From: Verrucomicrobiota bacterium
GTDB taxonomy: Bacteria; Verrucomicrobiota; Verrucomicrobiia; Verrucomicrobiales; DEV007
Assembly (NCBI GenBank): GCA_045046875.1
Contig: JASFYY010000002.1
Span: 40,189-104,188, forward strand
Reading direction: 5' to 3'
Length of the DNA stretch: 64,000 bases
Below the pieces are notes generated by a model. The model saw only the letters and a list, made by a program, of their open reading frames with translations, did not search any database and was not told the DNA's origin. Positions within the stretch are counted from its first letter, which is position 1, and every line of letters starts with the position of its first letter. A program made the translations under genes and the position numbers. Below, piece after piece: positions 48,963 to 59,279 of the stretch.

Positions 48963-51518
48963 ATGGCGGGCAAGAAAAAAGAGAAAGGCATGACACCGAT
49001 GATGCAGCAGTATCACTCGATGCGCAATGGTTTGCCCAAGGATGTTTTGCTGCTTTATCGTCTGGGTGATTTTTACGAGATGTTTTTTGACGATGCGGTG
49101 CAGGCGGCACCGATTCTGGGGGTGGCTTTGACACGCCGCAATGCGATTCCGATGTGCGGCGTGCCGCATCACGCGGCGCAGGGTTATATTGCCAAGTTGG
49201 TGAAAGCGGGGCGGCGGGTGGCGATTGCCGAGCAGACCAGTGAACCTCAGCCAGGTAAGATCGTGCAGAGGGAAATCGCACAAATTATTTCTGCGGGCAC
49301 CATAGATGATTTTAATTTATTGGAGTCGACCCAGTCGAATTATCTGGCGGCGGCTTGCCGGGTATCGGGGCGCTGGGGTTTGGCTTTTGTCGATCTCAGC
49401 ACCGGGGATTTCAGATTGATGGAGTTTTCGCAGCGGGATGGCCTGGTGGATGAATTGGCACGGATTCGTCCGGCAGAGTTGTTGTTCAGCGATGAGCAGG
49501 CGGAGGATTTTGATACTTTGACTCAGGCGATTGATTATGACGCTTATGCTTTTTTACCAGATCAGGCGGAGTTTTTGCTAAAGGAACATTTTAAGGTTCA
49601 ATCGCTGGATGGATTTGGTTGCGCGGCTTTGAATGCTGCGGTCGGCGCGGCGGGCGCGGTGTTGCATTATTTGCAGACTCAGATGCGGCGTAAGGTGGAT
49701 CACATCCGGCGATTGCAGGTTTGTGATAGCGAAAGCTTCGTGCTTATCGACGCGTCGAGTCAGCGCAATTTGGATTTGATCAACAGTGCGTCGGGGGGGC
49801 AGAAACATTCTCTGCTGGGTGCTTTGGATCGCACTTCGACGCCGATGGGGGCACGTAAATTGCGTGACTGGGTTTTGCATCCATTGCGTGATTACGATCA
49901 ATTGGTGGCGCGGCAGGATTTGATTGCGCAATTTTTGCAACAGTCTTTTTTGTTGAGCCAGATTCAGGCTGCGCTGAAAGAAGTGCGGGATATCGAGCGC
50001 ACCATCAGTCGTTTGAGTCAGGGTTCGGGTAATGCGCGGGATCTCAAGGCGCTGGCGGTATCGTTGGCGAAAATTCCCGATGTGAAGAGTCATCTGACTG
50101 CGCTTGAGAAGGAGCAGGATCCGGGTTTGGGGGGGCGTTTGCGTGCGCGCTTGCGTGATTTTGGAGATTTGGTTGATTTATTGGAAAAAGCGATTGTCGA
50201 TGAACCGCCGCCGGCTTTGAAGGACGGCGGGATTTTCCGCGATGGTTACAGCCAAATGATCGACGAGATCCGTAGCGCATCCACCGAGGGCAAACAATGG
50301 GTGGCCAAGTTGCAGCAGGATGAAATCGCACGCACCGGGGTCAAATCCTTGAAGGTCAAATTCAATGCGGTGTTTGGTTATTTTATCGAGCTCACCAAAT
50401 CCAACCTCGCTGCGGTGCCGGATGATTATATCCGCAAACAGACGCTGGCCAACGCCGAGCGATTCATCACTCCGGAGTTGAAGGAGGTGGAGAATAAAAT
50501 CCTTGGCGCGGACGAGCGACTTAGGACATTGGAGTATGAGGAGTTTCTTAATTTAAGAGAGACCGTGCTTGAGTATTTGGAGGAGATTCAGGACACCGCT
50601 GCGGCGCTGGCCGAGGTAGATACTCTTGCGGGTTTGGCGGAAACGGCTCAGCTTTATAATTATTGTCGACCGCTGTTGAACGAGTCACGTAATCTTTATA
50701 TCAAGGAGGGCCGTCATCCGGTGTTGGATCAAAATATCGCCGAGGAAAAATTTGTTCCTAATGATACGGCGATGGAGCCCGAGAAAAACCGATTGATTTT
50801 ACTCACCGGGCCGAACATGGCGGGTAAATCGACTTATATTCGCCAAGTGGCGTTGATCACTCTGATGGCGCAGATTGGAAGTTATGTTCCAGCAGAAAGT
50901 GCCGAGATAGGATTGGTGGATCGTATTTACACCCGGGTGGGAGCTAGTGATGATTTGGCCAAGGGGCAATCAACCTTCATGGTTGAGATGACCGAAACGG
51001 CGGTGATTGTGAATACAGCAACCGAGAAAAGCCTGGTGATCCTGGATGAGATTGGTCGTGGCACAGCGACTTTTGATGGTCTGTCGATTGCTTGGAGTGT
51101 AGCCGAACATTTGCATGATGAGATTGGTGCGCGTTCTCTTTTTGCTACGCACTATCACGAATTGACCGAACTTTCCCAGAGTCGTGCAGGGGTGCAAAAT
51201 TACAATGTGGCGGTGAGGGAGTGGAATGACCAGATCATATTCCTGCGCAAAATCGTGCCTGGCAGTGCGGATAAAAGTTACGGGATTCAGGTGGCGCGCC
51301 TGGCGGGTTTGCCTACAGAGATCATTGCTCGGGCTCGTGAGATTCTGGAGCAATTGGAATCTGAAAATCATGTGCCGACTCATGTGCAGGCTAGTAATGA
51401 GGCTTTGCCGAAGAAAAAAAGAGCCAAGCGCAAAAAAGCGAAGTCTGGAAATGGGCGGGTCAAAGAAGGGGATTCGGATGAGTCACAGGAGGAGCCGCAG
51501 TTGTCTTTGTTTTCTTAG
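48963..51518 (+). CDS. mutS: DNA mismatch repair protein MutS
   Basis: TPMMQQY, GDFYEMF, TGPNMAGKSTY, STFMVEM, DEIGRGT, SYGIQVA. Confidence 0.98.
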   Translation: MAGKKKEKGMTPMMQQYHSMRNGLPKDVLLLYRLGDFYEMFFDDAVQAAPILGVALTRRNAIPMCGVPHHAAQGYIAKLVKAGRRVAIAEQTSEPQPGKIVQREIAQIISAGTIDDFNLLESTQSNYLAAACRVSGRWGLAFVDLSTGDFRLMEFSQRDGLVDELARIRPAELLFSDEQAEDFDTLTQAIDYDAYAFLPDQAEFLLKEHFKVQSLDGFGCAALNAAVGAAGAVLHYLQTQMRRKVDHIRRLQVCDSESFVLIDASSQRNLDLINSASGGQKHSLLGALDRTSTPMGARKLRDWVLHPLRDYDQLVARQDLIAQFLQQSFLLSQIQAALKEVRDIERTISRLSQGSGNARDLKALAVSLAKIPDVKSHLTALEKEQDPGLGGRLRARLRDFGDLVDLLEKAIVDEPPPALKDGGIFRDGYSQMIDEIRSASTEGKQWVAKLQQDEIARTGVKSLKVKFNAVFGYFIELTKSNLAAVPDDYIRKQTLANAERFITPELKEVENKILGADERLRTLEYEEFLNLRETVLEYLEEIQDTAAALAEVDTLAGLAETAQLYNYCRPLLNESRNLYIKEGRHPVLDQNIAEEKFVPNDTAMEPEKNRLILLTGPNMAGKSTYIRQVALITLMAQIGSYVPAESAEIGLVDRIYTRVGASDDLAKGQSTFMVEMTETAVIVNTATEKSLVILDEIGRGTATFDGLSIAWSVAEHLHDEIGARSLFATHYHELTELSQSRAGVQNYNVAVREWNDQIIFLRKIVPGSADKSYGIQVARLAGLPTEIIARAREILEQLESENHVPTHVQASNEALPKKKRAKRKKAKSGNGRVKEGDSDESQEEPQLSLFS

Positions 51519-51523
51519 CTGTC

Positions 51524-53623
51524 ATGGAGCAGAGCGATAGTATCGAATTGCAACTAAACAGTGCTTTGCAAGATCTGGCTTTGTCGGGTTTGAACCCCAA
51601 AGCTTTAAAAGCACTGGAAAATCTGGGGATTAAAACGGTGGGAGATTTAATCACTCACTACCCTCGCCGTTACGAAGATCGAACGCGATTTGATGGTTTT
51701 CCAAATCAACCGAGCAGCGAAGCACTTTGTTTAAGAGGGACAGTGACGGATACCTCGGTGCGTTTTGCGGGGCGACGACGATTTTTTGAAATGCGGGTTG
51801 AGGATCTGGATTCCGCACTAACGGCGGTGATCACCTGCCGCTGGTTTAACTCTCCTTATATGCAGAAGGTTTTTGCTGCGGACCAAGTGGTGGTTTTGTA
51901 TGGCAAACCCAAACTCAGTGGCAGTCGTCTGGTGATGGATCATCCGGAGTATGAGATCATAGACGAGGATTTTGAGGGTGATCTCGAATCGCCTCATGTG
52001 GAGCGCATCACCCCTGTTTATGCTTTGAGTTCAGGCATCAGCCAGTTGGTTTTGCGTGCTACGATGTATGTGGTGTTGGAGCAACTGTTTGATGAAACCA
52101 TGCCGGATTTGTTGCCACCGGATCAGGTGCCTTCGTGGTGCCGTGCGCGGGCTATTCGTGAGGCTCATTTCCCGGATAATTTTGACGATCTGCAGCAGGC
52201 GAGACGTTACTTGGCATTGCAGGAATTCACGGCCTTGCAGTTGAAGGTATTAAAACAGCGCAGGGATTATGTGGACCGTGGTGGCAAAGTCCATTGTGGT
52301 CCGGGAGATCTGTTAGAGCAATTTTTAAGTAAACTGCCTTTTGAAGCTACCGGGGCGCAGCAGCGATCGATCAATGAAATTCGAGAGGATTTGTCTTCTC
52401 TACGGCCGATGAATCGTTTGTTGCAAGGCGACGTGGGTTCTGGAAAAACCTTGGTCGCGATAGCGGCGATGTTGTTGGTGGTGGAAGATGGTTATCAAGC
52501 GGCCTTGATGGCCCCGACTCAGATTTTGGCCGAGCAGCATTATTTGGTGCTGCAGAAATGGCTCGAACCTCTGGGGATTCGAGTGGGTCTGCGAACCGCC
52601 GCGCGCAAGGAGGATGGATTTTTGCCTTTGATGAGCGGAGGTGGGGAGGCGCAGATATTAGTTGGTACCCATGCCTTGATTGCCAACCAGTCGGAATTGT
52701 CCAATCTGGGTTTGGCGGTGATTGATGAGCAACACAAGTTCGGTGTGGATCAGCGCAGTAAGCTGATCGAGCAGGGCGACATGCCGGATGTTCTGGTGAT
52801 GACGGCTACTCCGATTCCGCGAACTTTGACCCTGACGGTGTATGGAGATTTGGATGTTTCGCTGGTGGATGAAATGCCAGCCGGACGAGGGGCGATTATC
52901 ACCGGGGTGCGGGATTTGAAAAAAACCAAAGCCGCAGCGGATTTTGTGCGTGAGCAATTGGAAAAGGGGCGTCAGGCTTACATTGTCTATCCTCTAATTG
53001 AAGAATCGGACAAACAGAAGTCGCTGGCGGTCACGGTGGAATTTGAGAAGTGGGAAAAACGTTTTAAGAGTTTTCGTTGCGGCCTGTTGCATGGTCGTTT
53101 GAATGGTGAGGAAAAAGAACAGGTGATGAGCGAATTCCGCAGTGGCGGGATTCAGGTGCTGGTTTCGACAACGGTGATTGAAGTAGGAGTGGATGTCCCT
53201 AATGCCAATATCATGTTGGTATTTAATGCCGAACGATTTGGTTTGGCTCAACTGCATCAGTTGCGCGGGCGTATTGGTCGAGGAGAGCACAAGAGTTATT
53301 GTATTTTGATGGTGGATTTGAAAAATGCGTCTGAATCAGCGGATAAATTGAAGGTTTTGGAAGAGAGTCGTGATGGTTTTCGCATTGCGGAAGAAGATCT
53401 CAAATTACGCGGCCCTGGAGAAGTGTTGGGCACCGCTCAAAGTGGGTTACCGGATCTAAAAATGGGAGATTTGGTGACCGATGCCGACTTGCTTCGTGAA
53501 GCACGGGATTTGGCCAGGGAAATTTTGCAAGATGATCCGGATATAAAAAGAGAACGTAATCGTCAGTTGATTGAACTGCTAAGTGGGACGAATGAAGAGC
53601 AGACGAGCGGGCAATTGAGCTGA
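51524..53623 (+). CDS. recG: ATP-dependent DNA helicase RecG
   Basis: RLLQGDVGSGKT, DEQHKFG, MTATPIPR, QLRGRIGRG, DGF.IAE.DL.LRGPG. Confidence 0.97.
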   Translation: MEQSDSIELQLNSALQDLALSGLNPKALKALENLGIKTVGDLITHYPRRYEDRTRFDGFPNQPSSEALCLRGTVTDTSVRFAGRRRFFEMRVEDLDSALTAVITCRWFNSPYMQKVFAADQVVVLYGKPKLSGSRLVMDHPEYEIIDEDFEGDLESPHVERITPVYALSSGISQLVLRATMYVVLEQLFDETMPDLLPPDQVPSWCRARAIREAHFPDNFDDLQQARRYLALQEFTALQLKVLKQRRDYVDRGGKVHCGPGDLLEQFLSKLPFEATGAQQRSINEIREDLSSLRPMNRLLQGDVGSGKTLVAIAAMLLVVEDGYQAALMAPTQILAEQHYLVLQKWLEPLGIRVGLRTAARKEDGFLPLMSGGGEAQILVGTHALIANQSELSNLGLAVIDEQHKFGVDQRSKLIEQGDMPDVLVMTATPIPRTLTLTVYGDLDVSLVDEMPAGRGAIITGVRDLKKTKAAADFVREQLEKGRQAYIVYPLIEESDKQKSLAVTVEFEKWEKRFKSFRCGLLHGRLNGEEKEQVMSEFRSGGIQVLVSTTVIEVGVDVPNANIMLVFNAERFGLAQLHQLRGRIGRGEHKSYCILMVDLKNASESADKLKVLEESRDGFRIAEEDLKLRGPGEVLGTAQSGLPDLKMGDLVTDADLLREARDLAREILQDDPDIKRERNRQLIELLSGTNEEQTSGQLS

Positions 53624-53655
53624 GAGGTTCGTGTTTTAAAACTGCTAAAAATACG

Positions 53656-54240
53656 ATGAATTGGTTGGCGCATTTATATTTATCCGAGCCGCAAACGGAG
53701 TTTCAACTGGGTAACGTGATGACGGATATTCTGAAGGGGCATCGCTGGCCTAGCATGAGTGATGATTTTCTCAGAGGCATTGATTGTCACCATAAAATAG
53801 ATGCTTACACCGACCGCCATAAGGTGGTCGAACGCAGTAAAGCCCGACTCAAGGGCAACCCTCGTCTGCGGGGGATTGTGGTGGATGTGTTTTATGACCA
53901 TTTGCTGACCTTGCACTGGCAAGATTACTGTGATGTTTCGATGCGAGAGCATTTGGATACATTTTACGAACAGGCTCTTGCGGCGAGCACTGGCTATCCA
54001 GAACTTGCCCAAGAATTTGTGCAAAGTTTGGTGGAAAGTGATCGCCTGGGTCGTTACGGGGATATGCAGGAATTGAGCTGGGCCTATGAACGAATTGATA
54101 CCCACCTTTCCGAGAGAGCTTTGCGGCGGGGACGATTGGTAGAATTCATGCCATCGTTAAAAGAGCAGTTTCAAAATTTGGAAGAGGACTTCGCATGTTT
54201 TTTCCCAGACTTGATGCGACATGTGGGTAAGACGCGTTAA
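53656..54240 (+). CDS. acpH: ACP phosphodiesterase family protein (AcpH-like)
   Basis: MNWLAHLYLS, GN...D..KG, H..ID..TD.H, DVFYDH. Confidence 0.85.
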   Translation: MNWLAHLYLSEPQTEFQLGNVMTDILKGHRWPSMSDDFLRGIDCHHKIDAYTDRHKVVERSKARLKGNPRLRGIVVDVFYDHLLTLHWQDYCDVSMREHLDTFYEQALAASTGYPELAQEFVQSLVESDRLGRYGDMQELSWAYERIDTHLSERALRRGRLVEFMPSLKEQFQNLEEDFACFFPDLMRHVGKTR

Positions 54241-54324
54241 GGATTAAAATGAATCCAACGATTGTTTATAGCACTTGACCTTCGTTAGACTTTTTATCAT
54301 TATAAAATCTTAACAAACAAAACA

Positions 54325-56559
54325 ATGGATACAACAGGAGGACTTGAGATAAACGAACAAGATTTGTTAAAGTCTTTGCAACAGGTGTTTGGTTTTAGTG
54401 AGTTCCGGCAGCATCAGCGGGTTTTGGTAGAAGCTTTGTTATCCGGTCGTGATGCTTTTGGGGTGATGCCCACCGGCGGCGGCAAGTCGCTCTGTTACCA
54501 GTTACCGGCAAAAATGCTCAAAGGCACAGCTGTGGTGGTGAGTCCTTTGATTGCTCTGATGAAAGATCAGGTGGATGGGGCGAGGGCGCAGGGCATACGT
54601 GCGGAATACTTGAACAGCACTTTGACTTATCAGCAAGTCCAGGAGGTGCAAGAGGCTTATCGTACGGGAAATTTGGATTTATTGTATGTGGCTCCGGAGC
54701 GACTGGCTTTGCCGGGCTTTGTGGATTTTTTGCGTCAAACCAACGCAAGCAGCGAGGGGAATTCGGGCGGCTTGAGTTTTTTTGCAATTGATGAGGCGCA
54801 TTGTATTTCTGAATGGGGGCATGATTTCCGTCCGGATTATCTGTTTTTGAGCCAGCTAAAATCTTTGTTTCCGGATGTGCCGATTGGGGCTTTTACCGCG
54901 ACAGCAACCGAGAAGGTGGCTTTGGATATCGAAGCGCGCTTGGTTTTGAAAGCTGCGGTTAAAATCCGCGCTTCGTTTGATCGCAAAAATTTGTTTTATG
55001 AAGTGCGGCGGAAAAGTGACTGGGAAAGACAATTGGTCGAGTTTGTGCGTGAGCGGCCTGACAAGAGCGGTATCATCTATCGTACCTCGCGCAAGAGTGT
55101 CGAAGCGACGGCTGAATTACTCAAGGCAAACGGGATCAACGCTGCGGCTTATCATGCAGGCTTGGATTCTTCACTGCGCAGCCAGACACAGGATGATTTC
55201 ATCCGTGATGACATCACGGTGATGGTAGCTACGGTGGCTTTTGGCATGGGGGTGGACAAAGCGGATGTGCGTTTTGTGGTGCATGGTGATCTGCCAAAAA
55301 ATATTGAGAGTTATTATCAGGAAACCGGTCGTGCGGGGCGTGATGGCGAAGCTTCACATTGTTTATTATTATATTCGCCGGGCGATGCGGTTAAAATCCG
55401 GCGTTTTTTTGATGACGTCGGGGATGCCGATGAAAAAAGCAGGCTGACGGATTTGTTACGTTCCATGGAGCGTTTTGCTTCGGTGCCTGCCTGTCGCAGG
55501 ATCAATTTATTGGGTTATTTTAATGAGGTCTATGCAGCGGATTCTTGCGGTTGTTGTGATTTTTGTCTTGGCAGTTTTGAGCGTATCGATGCCACTCGTG
55601 ATGCCCAGATGGTACTATCAGCTATAGTTAGAACCGGCGGCAGATTTGGTGCGGTTCATGTTTGTGATGTGGTGGCCGGAGCTCAGACGGCTAAAATCAA
55701 ACAATTCAGGCATGATGAGTTGAAAACCTATGGAGTGGGAAGGGATCGACCAAAGAGTTATTGGCGGGGAATTCTCGATGCGTTGTTGTCTGCGGGAAAA
55801 CTCAGTTTGTCGAATGATCAATATCCGGTGCCGCAAATGACTCAAGAGGGAACTGATGTGTTGATGGGCAAGGCTCAGTTCAGTATCAACACGGATAAAC
55901 GCATTGAACCGCAAAAACAAAGTCGCAGCAGTGGGGCGGTGGATGTGGTTTGTGATCAAGGTTTGTTTGAGCATTTGCGTCAAATCCGCAAACAGGTGGC
56001 TGATGCCGATCAGGTGCCGCCTTATGTGGTGTTTTCTGATCGCAGCCTGAAAGAAATGGCGGCTTATATGCCGGAAAACGAAAGTGAATTTGTTCAGCTG
56101 CATGGTGTCGGAGATAATAAACTTAAAAAATATGGTGCGCGGTTTATTGGGGAAGTGGCGGGCTATTTAAAAGCACATGCGGAGATTGCACAAGGCAGGC
56201 AAAGCTTGCCAGCGCGGGTAGGAAAAGTAGGGGCTGAGGTGAAAAAGGGTTTGAGTGAAACTTTTCATAGCACTTTGCAGCTGCTCAAACAAGGCTTGGG
56301 AGTTGAAGAAATTGCCAGGCAGCGGGGAGTGGTGACGGGTACTATAGAGGGTCACATCGCGCGTTGGATTGGGGAGGGTGAAAAAATTAAGCTGAGACAA
56401 TTTGTTAGCGAAGAAGTGGAATCCGAAGCTCGTGAGCTGTTTGCCAAACATGGATTGGAAGCCCTGGGGCCGATTTTCAAAAGAAGCGGGGAGCGGGTCA
56501 GTTATGGTCAGGCGAAGATGGTGCAAGCAAAGATCCGAAAGGAAATTGGGGAGAGTTAA
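54325..56559 (+). CDS. recQ: DNA helicase RecQ with RQC, HRDC and C-terminal HTH
   Basis: MPTGGGKSLCYQ, DEAHCISEWGHDFRP, YQETGRAGRDG, VPPYVVFSD. Confidence 0.97.
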   Translation: MDTTGGLEINEQDLLKSLQQVFGFSEFRQHQRVLVEALLSGRDAFGVMPTGGGKSLCYQLPAKMLKGTAVVVSPLIALMKDQVDGARAQGIRAEYLNSTLTYQQVQEVQEAYRTGNLDLLYVAPERLALPGFVDFLRQTNASSEGNSGGLSFFAIDEAHCISEWGHDFRPDYLFLSQLKSLFPDVPIGAFTATATEKVALDIEARLVLKAAVKIRASFDRKNLFYEVRRKSDWERQLVEFVRERPDKSGIIYRTSRKSVEATAELLKANGINAAAYHAGLDSSLRSQTQDDFIRDDITVMVATVAFGMGVDKADVRFVVHGDLPKNIESYYQETGRAGRDGEASHCLLLYSPGDAVKIRRFFDDVGDADEKSRLTDLLRSMERFASVPACRRINLLGYFNEVYAADSCGCCDFCLGSFERIDATRDAQMVLSAIVRTGGRFGAVHVCDVVAGAQTAKIKQFRHDELKTYGVGRDRPKSYWRGILDALLSAGKLSLSNDQYPVPQMTQEGTDVLMGKAQFSINTDKRIEPQKQSRSSGAVDVVCDQGLFEHLRQIRKQVADADQVPPYVVFSDRSLKEMAAYMPENESEFVQLHGVGDNKLKKYGARFIGEVAGYLKAHAEIAQGRQSLPARVGKVGAEVKKGLSETFHSTLQLLKQGLGVEEIARQRGVVTGTIEGHIARWIGEGEKIKLRQFVSEEVESEARELFAKHGLEALGPIFKRSGERVSYGQAKMVQAKIRKEIGES

Positions 56560-56564
56560 ATTCT

Positions 56565-57347
56565 ATGGATTGCCAAATTCCTAGCCTTGAAACCCGAAAA
56601 ATGCTGTGCCAGCAACCGGTCGGCAAACAGCATGTGATGTATCAATCCTGGCAGAAGCTGCTTTTTCTTCACTGGGTGGTGGATGCAGCTGAGATTCAGA
56701 AAAAGCTACCTCAGGATTTGTTTGTGGATACTTTTGATGGCCATGCTTATCTCGGCCTTGTGCCGTTTTACATGTGGAATATTCGCCCTCGATTCCTACC
56801 GGCCTTGCCAGGGGTCTCGTATTTTCTTGAACTGAACGTCAGGACTTATGTGCATGATGCCAAGGGGGTGCCCGGAGTTTGGTTTTTTTCATTGGATACC
56901 AACAAGACTTTGGCTGCTTATTTGGGGCGACGTTTTTTTAACATGCCTTATACCACAGCTGAAATGCAAGCGTCTCGCTCCAATGAAGGAGAAATTCATT
57001 ATCAGTGTTTGCGTACTGGGAGATCGAATGAAGAAAAGGCGGATTACATTTACCGTGGCACGGGAGCGGTGACTTTGGCTGATCCGGGCACACTCGAATA
57101 CTTTTTGGTTGAGCGTTATCTGCTTTACGCGGTGGATTCTCAGAAGGGGAATTTGTATTCCGGTCGGGTTTTTCATCCATCCTACCCTTTACAGCAGGCT
57201 GAGGTTTCGAGTTTTTCGCTTAACCCGATCAAACAAGCTGGTTTTGAGGATGTGTCGGGTGAACCTGTGCATGCTCACTATTCGGAAGGGGTGGATGTAT
57301 TGGCTTATGCTATCGAGCGGCAGGACGGAAATCATAACTCGGGATAA
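56565..57347 (+). CDS. YqjF/DUF2071 family protein
   Basis: Q.W..LLFLHW, ELNVRTYV, GVWFFSLD, FLVERY. Confidence 0.88.
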   Translation: MDCQIPSLETRKMLCQQPVGKQHVMYQSWQKLLFLHWVVDAAEIQKKLPQDLFVDTFDGHAYLGLVPFYMWNIRPRFLPALPGVSYFLELNVRTYVHDAKGVPGVWFFSLDTNKTLAAYLGRRFFNMPYTTAEMQASRSNEGEIHYQCLRTGRSNEEKADYIYRGTGAVTLADPGTLEYFLVERYLLYAVDSQKGNLYSGRVFHPSYPLQQAEVSSFSLNPIKQAGFEDVSGEPVHAHYSEGVDVLAYAIERQDGNHNSG

Positions 57348-57398
57348 TTTTGGGCATGGGTGTAGGGTATTGCGGTTGGCAAAACACAGGACTATGAA

Positions 57399-59150
57399 AT
57401 GAAGGTTTCCGTATATAAAATTTTAAAATACAGCTTGTTTGGGCTGCTGTTGTTAATAAATCCTTTGCTGCAAGCCAGGTCAGATCCGCCAGCGGGTTTT
57501 CCCAATGAAAAAAATACCGGTTTTGTGGCAGGGGGCACTACGGAAAAACAATTGGAATCGATTGAGCAGGATAGACTTTATATCACGGAGGATGGTTTTG
57601 TTTTACAGAACAAAAAACTGACCGGCAGCGTTTTTGTGAAAGCGGATAATGTGACAATCAAAAACTGTTGGATACGTGGCACCCAGGGTTTTTCGATTCG
57701 TCATGAGGGCAAAAACCTTTCTATCGCATACTGTAAATTGGAAAGCGCGGGTAATGTGGCTGGTGAAAATATCAGTAATTACAAAGCGGAAAACAACTAC
57801 ACGTTGAAATATTGTGACATCAGTGGATTTGGAGATGGGATCAAGGCGGGTAACGATACTCTGATTGAGTTCAACTACATTCATGACCTCGCCGGGGATC
57901 CGGAATACCACAGTGATTGCATACAGGTCATGCAAGGTAAGAATATTAAAATTCGCAATAACACCTTGTTGGCTAGGTGGAAGGCTCAAACATCCGTGGT
58001 GATATTAAAAAATGATATAGGTGCGATTTCGGAAGTTATGATAGAAGGTAACTTTATGTCGGGGGGGGCTTACGTATTTTATAATGTCGGAGGAACGGAT
58101 GTTCGCTTCAAAAATAACATTATAGAGAAGGGTTCATGGCAGTGGCAGGGCAGTCCGGTGTATCCGAAAAATAGCCCGCTTGTTTATGAGTGCAATCGAT
58201 ATGAGGATGGCACGCCGATATCACAAAATCCGCCGTGCAAAAAAACTGCAGAGCCGATCAAAATCAAACCCATCGCATGGAGGGGGCATTCAGCGGCAGT
58301 TGCACTGACTTTTGATGACGCCTACGAGGATCATCTCGACAAGGCAATTCCGGAATTAAACGCCAGATCTATGAAAGGAACTTTTTACCTAGTGAACAAT
58401 GACTGGTATAAAAAACGAATATCCGACTGGGCAAAGGCGGCTCAATCAGGTCATGAAATAGGAAATCATTCACGCGATCATTTGGATCCTAAGCTAAAAC
58501 CGGACAGATCACAGTCAGAATGGGTGGCGGATATTAGTGAGTGGAAAAATAGCCTGGAAAAGGATCTGCATACACAGGTAAGGTCATACGCTCACCCCTA
58601 CTGTAACAGCCCTGAATATGCGGTGGAAGTGATCGATGACGAGCATTTCATTGGACGGGAGTGTGGCGGCAATTTTTTGATCCCTTTTGATAAAGAGCCC
58701 GTCGACTGGTTTCGAATAGAAGCGAGAAGTACCACAGGAATATCGTATCAAACCATTGAGCATGAGGTTAATACTGCGCTTTCCTCGGGGAAGTGGATCA
58801 CCTATTATTTTCATAGTATTGCTGGGCCCTGGGGAGGCTTTGCAATTGAGGAGTTCAGGGCTACTCTGGATTTTTTAAAATCGAAGGATGTCTGGGTGGA
58901 CACCTATTCTCAAATAGGGGCCTATTTGAAAGCGAGCTTTATATTATCCAAACAGGTCGCGCAAAACGCCGGACAGGAAAAGTTTATGCAATGGAAAATA
59001 CCGTCACCTTTTCCTGAGCAGGTGAAGGTAACGGTTTTGATAAAGGGTCTTTTGGGGAAAAGAGTGTTTCAGCAGGGTAAGGAAATCAAGCCAAATGGGA
59101 AAGGCTATTACGAGCTATATTTTGGGCTGGGTGAGGTGCGCTTTCAGTAG
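57399..59150 (+). CDS. Secreted right-handed beta-helix + polysaccharide deacetylase (NodB/CE4-like) fusion
   Basis: Signal peptide; beta-helix repeats (NVTIKNCWI, IEFNYIHD, HSDCIQ, IRNNTL); VALTFDD, HEIGNHSRDH, YAHPY, FH. Confidence 0.8.
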   Translation: MKVSVYKILKYSLFGLLLLINPLLQARSDPPAGFPNEKNTGFVAGGTTEKQLESIEQDRLYITEDGFVLQNKKLTGSVFVKADNVTIKNCWIRGTQGFSIRHEGKNLSIAYCKLESAGNVAGENISNYKAENNYTLKYCDISGFGDGIKAGNDTLIEFNYIHDLAGDPEYHSDCIQVMQGKNIKIRNNTLLARWKAQTSVVILKNDIGAISEVMIEGNFMSGGAYVFYNVGGTDVRFKNNIIEKGSWQWQGSPVYPKNSPLVYECNRYEDGTPISQNPPCKKTAEPIKIKPIAWRGHSAAVALTFDDAYEDHLDKAIPELNARSMKGTFYLVNNDWYKKRISDWAKAAQSGHEIGNHSRDHLDPKLKPDRSQSEWVADISEWKNSLEKDLHTQVRSYAHPYCNSPEYAVEVIDDEHFIGRECGGNFLIPFDKEPVDWFRIEARSTTGISYQTIEHEVNTALSSGKWITYYFHSIAGPWGGFAIEEFRATLDFLKSKDVWVDTYSQIGAYLKASFILSKQVAQNAGQEKFMQWKIPSPFPEQVKVTVLIKGLLGKRVFQQGKEIKPNGKGYYELYFGLGEVRFQ

Positions 59151-59279
59151 CGATTGTGAAAATTTTGAATTGTTGTTTTTGAACAGACGGGAGGTTATGG
59201 CCATCATATTTGTTCACTTGCAAAGGTCGTGGACTCCGCCATGCTTGCACTACTTTTTAGTTTAATTATTCTTCCATTT

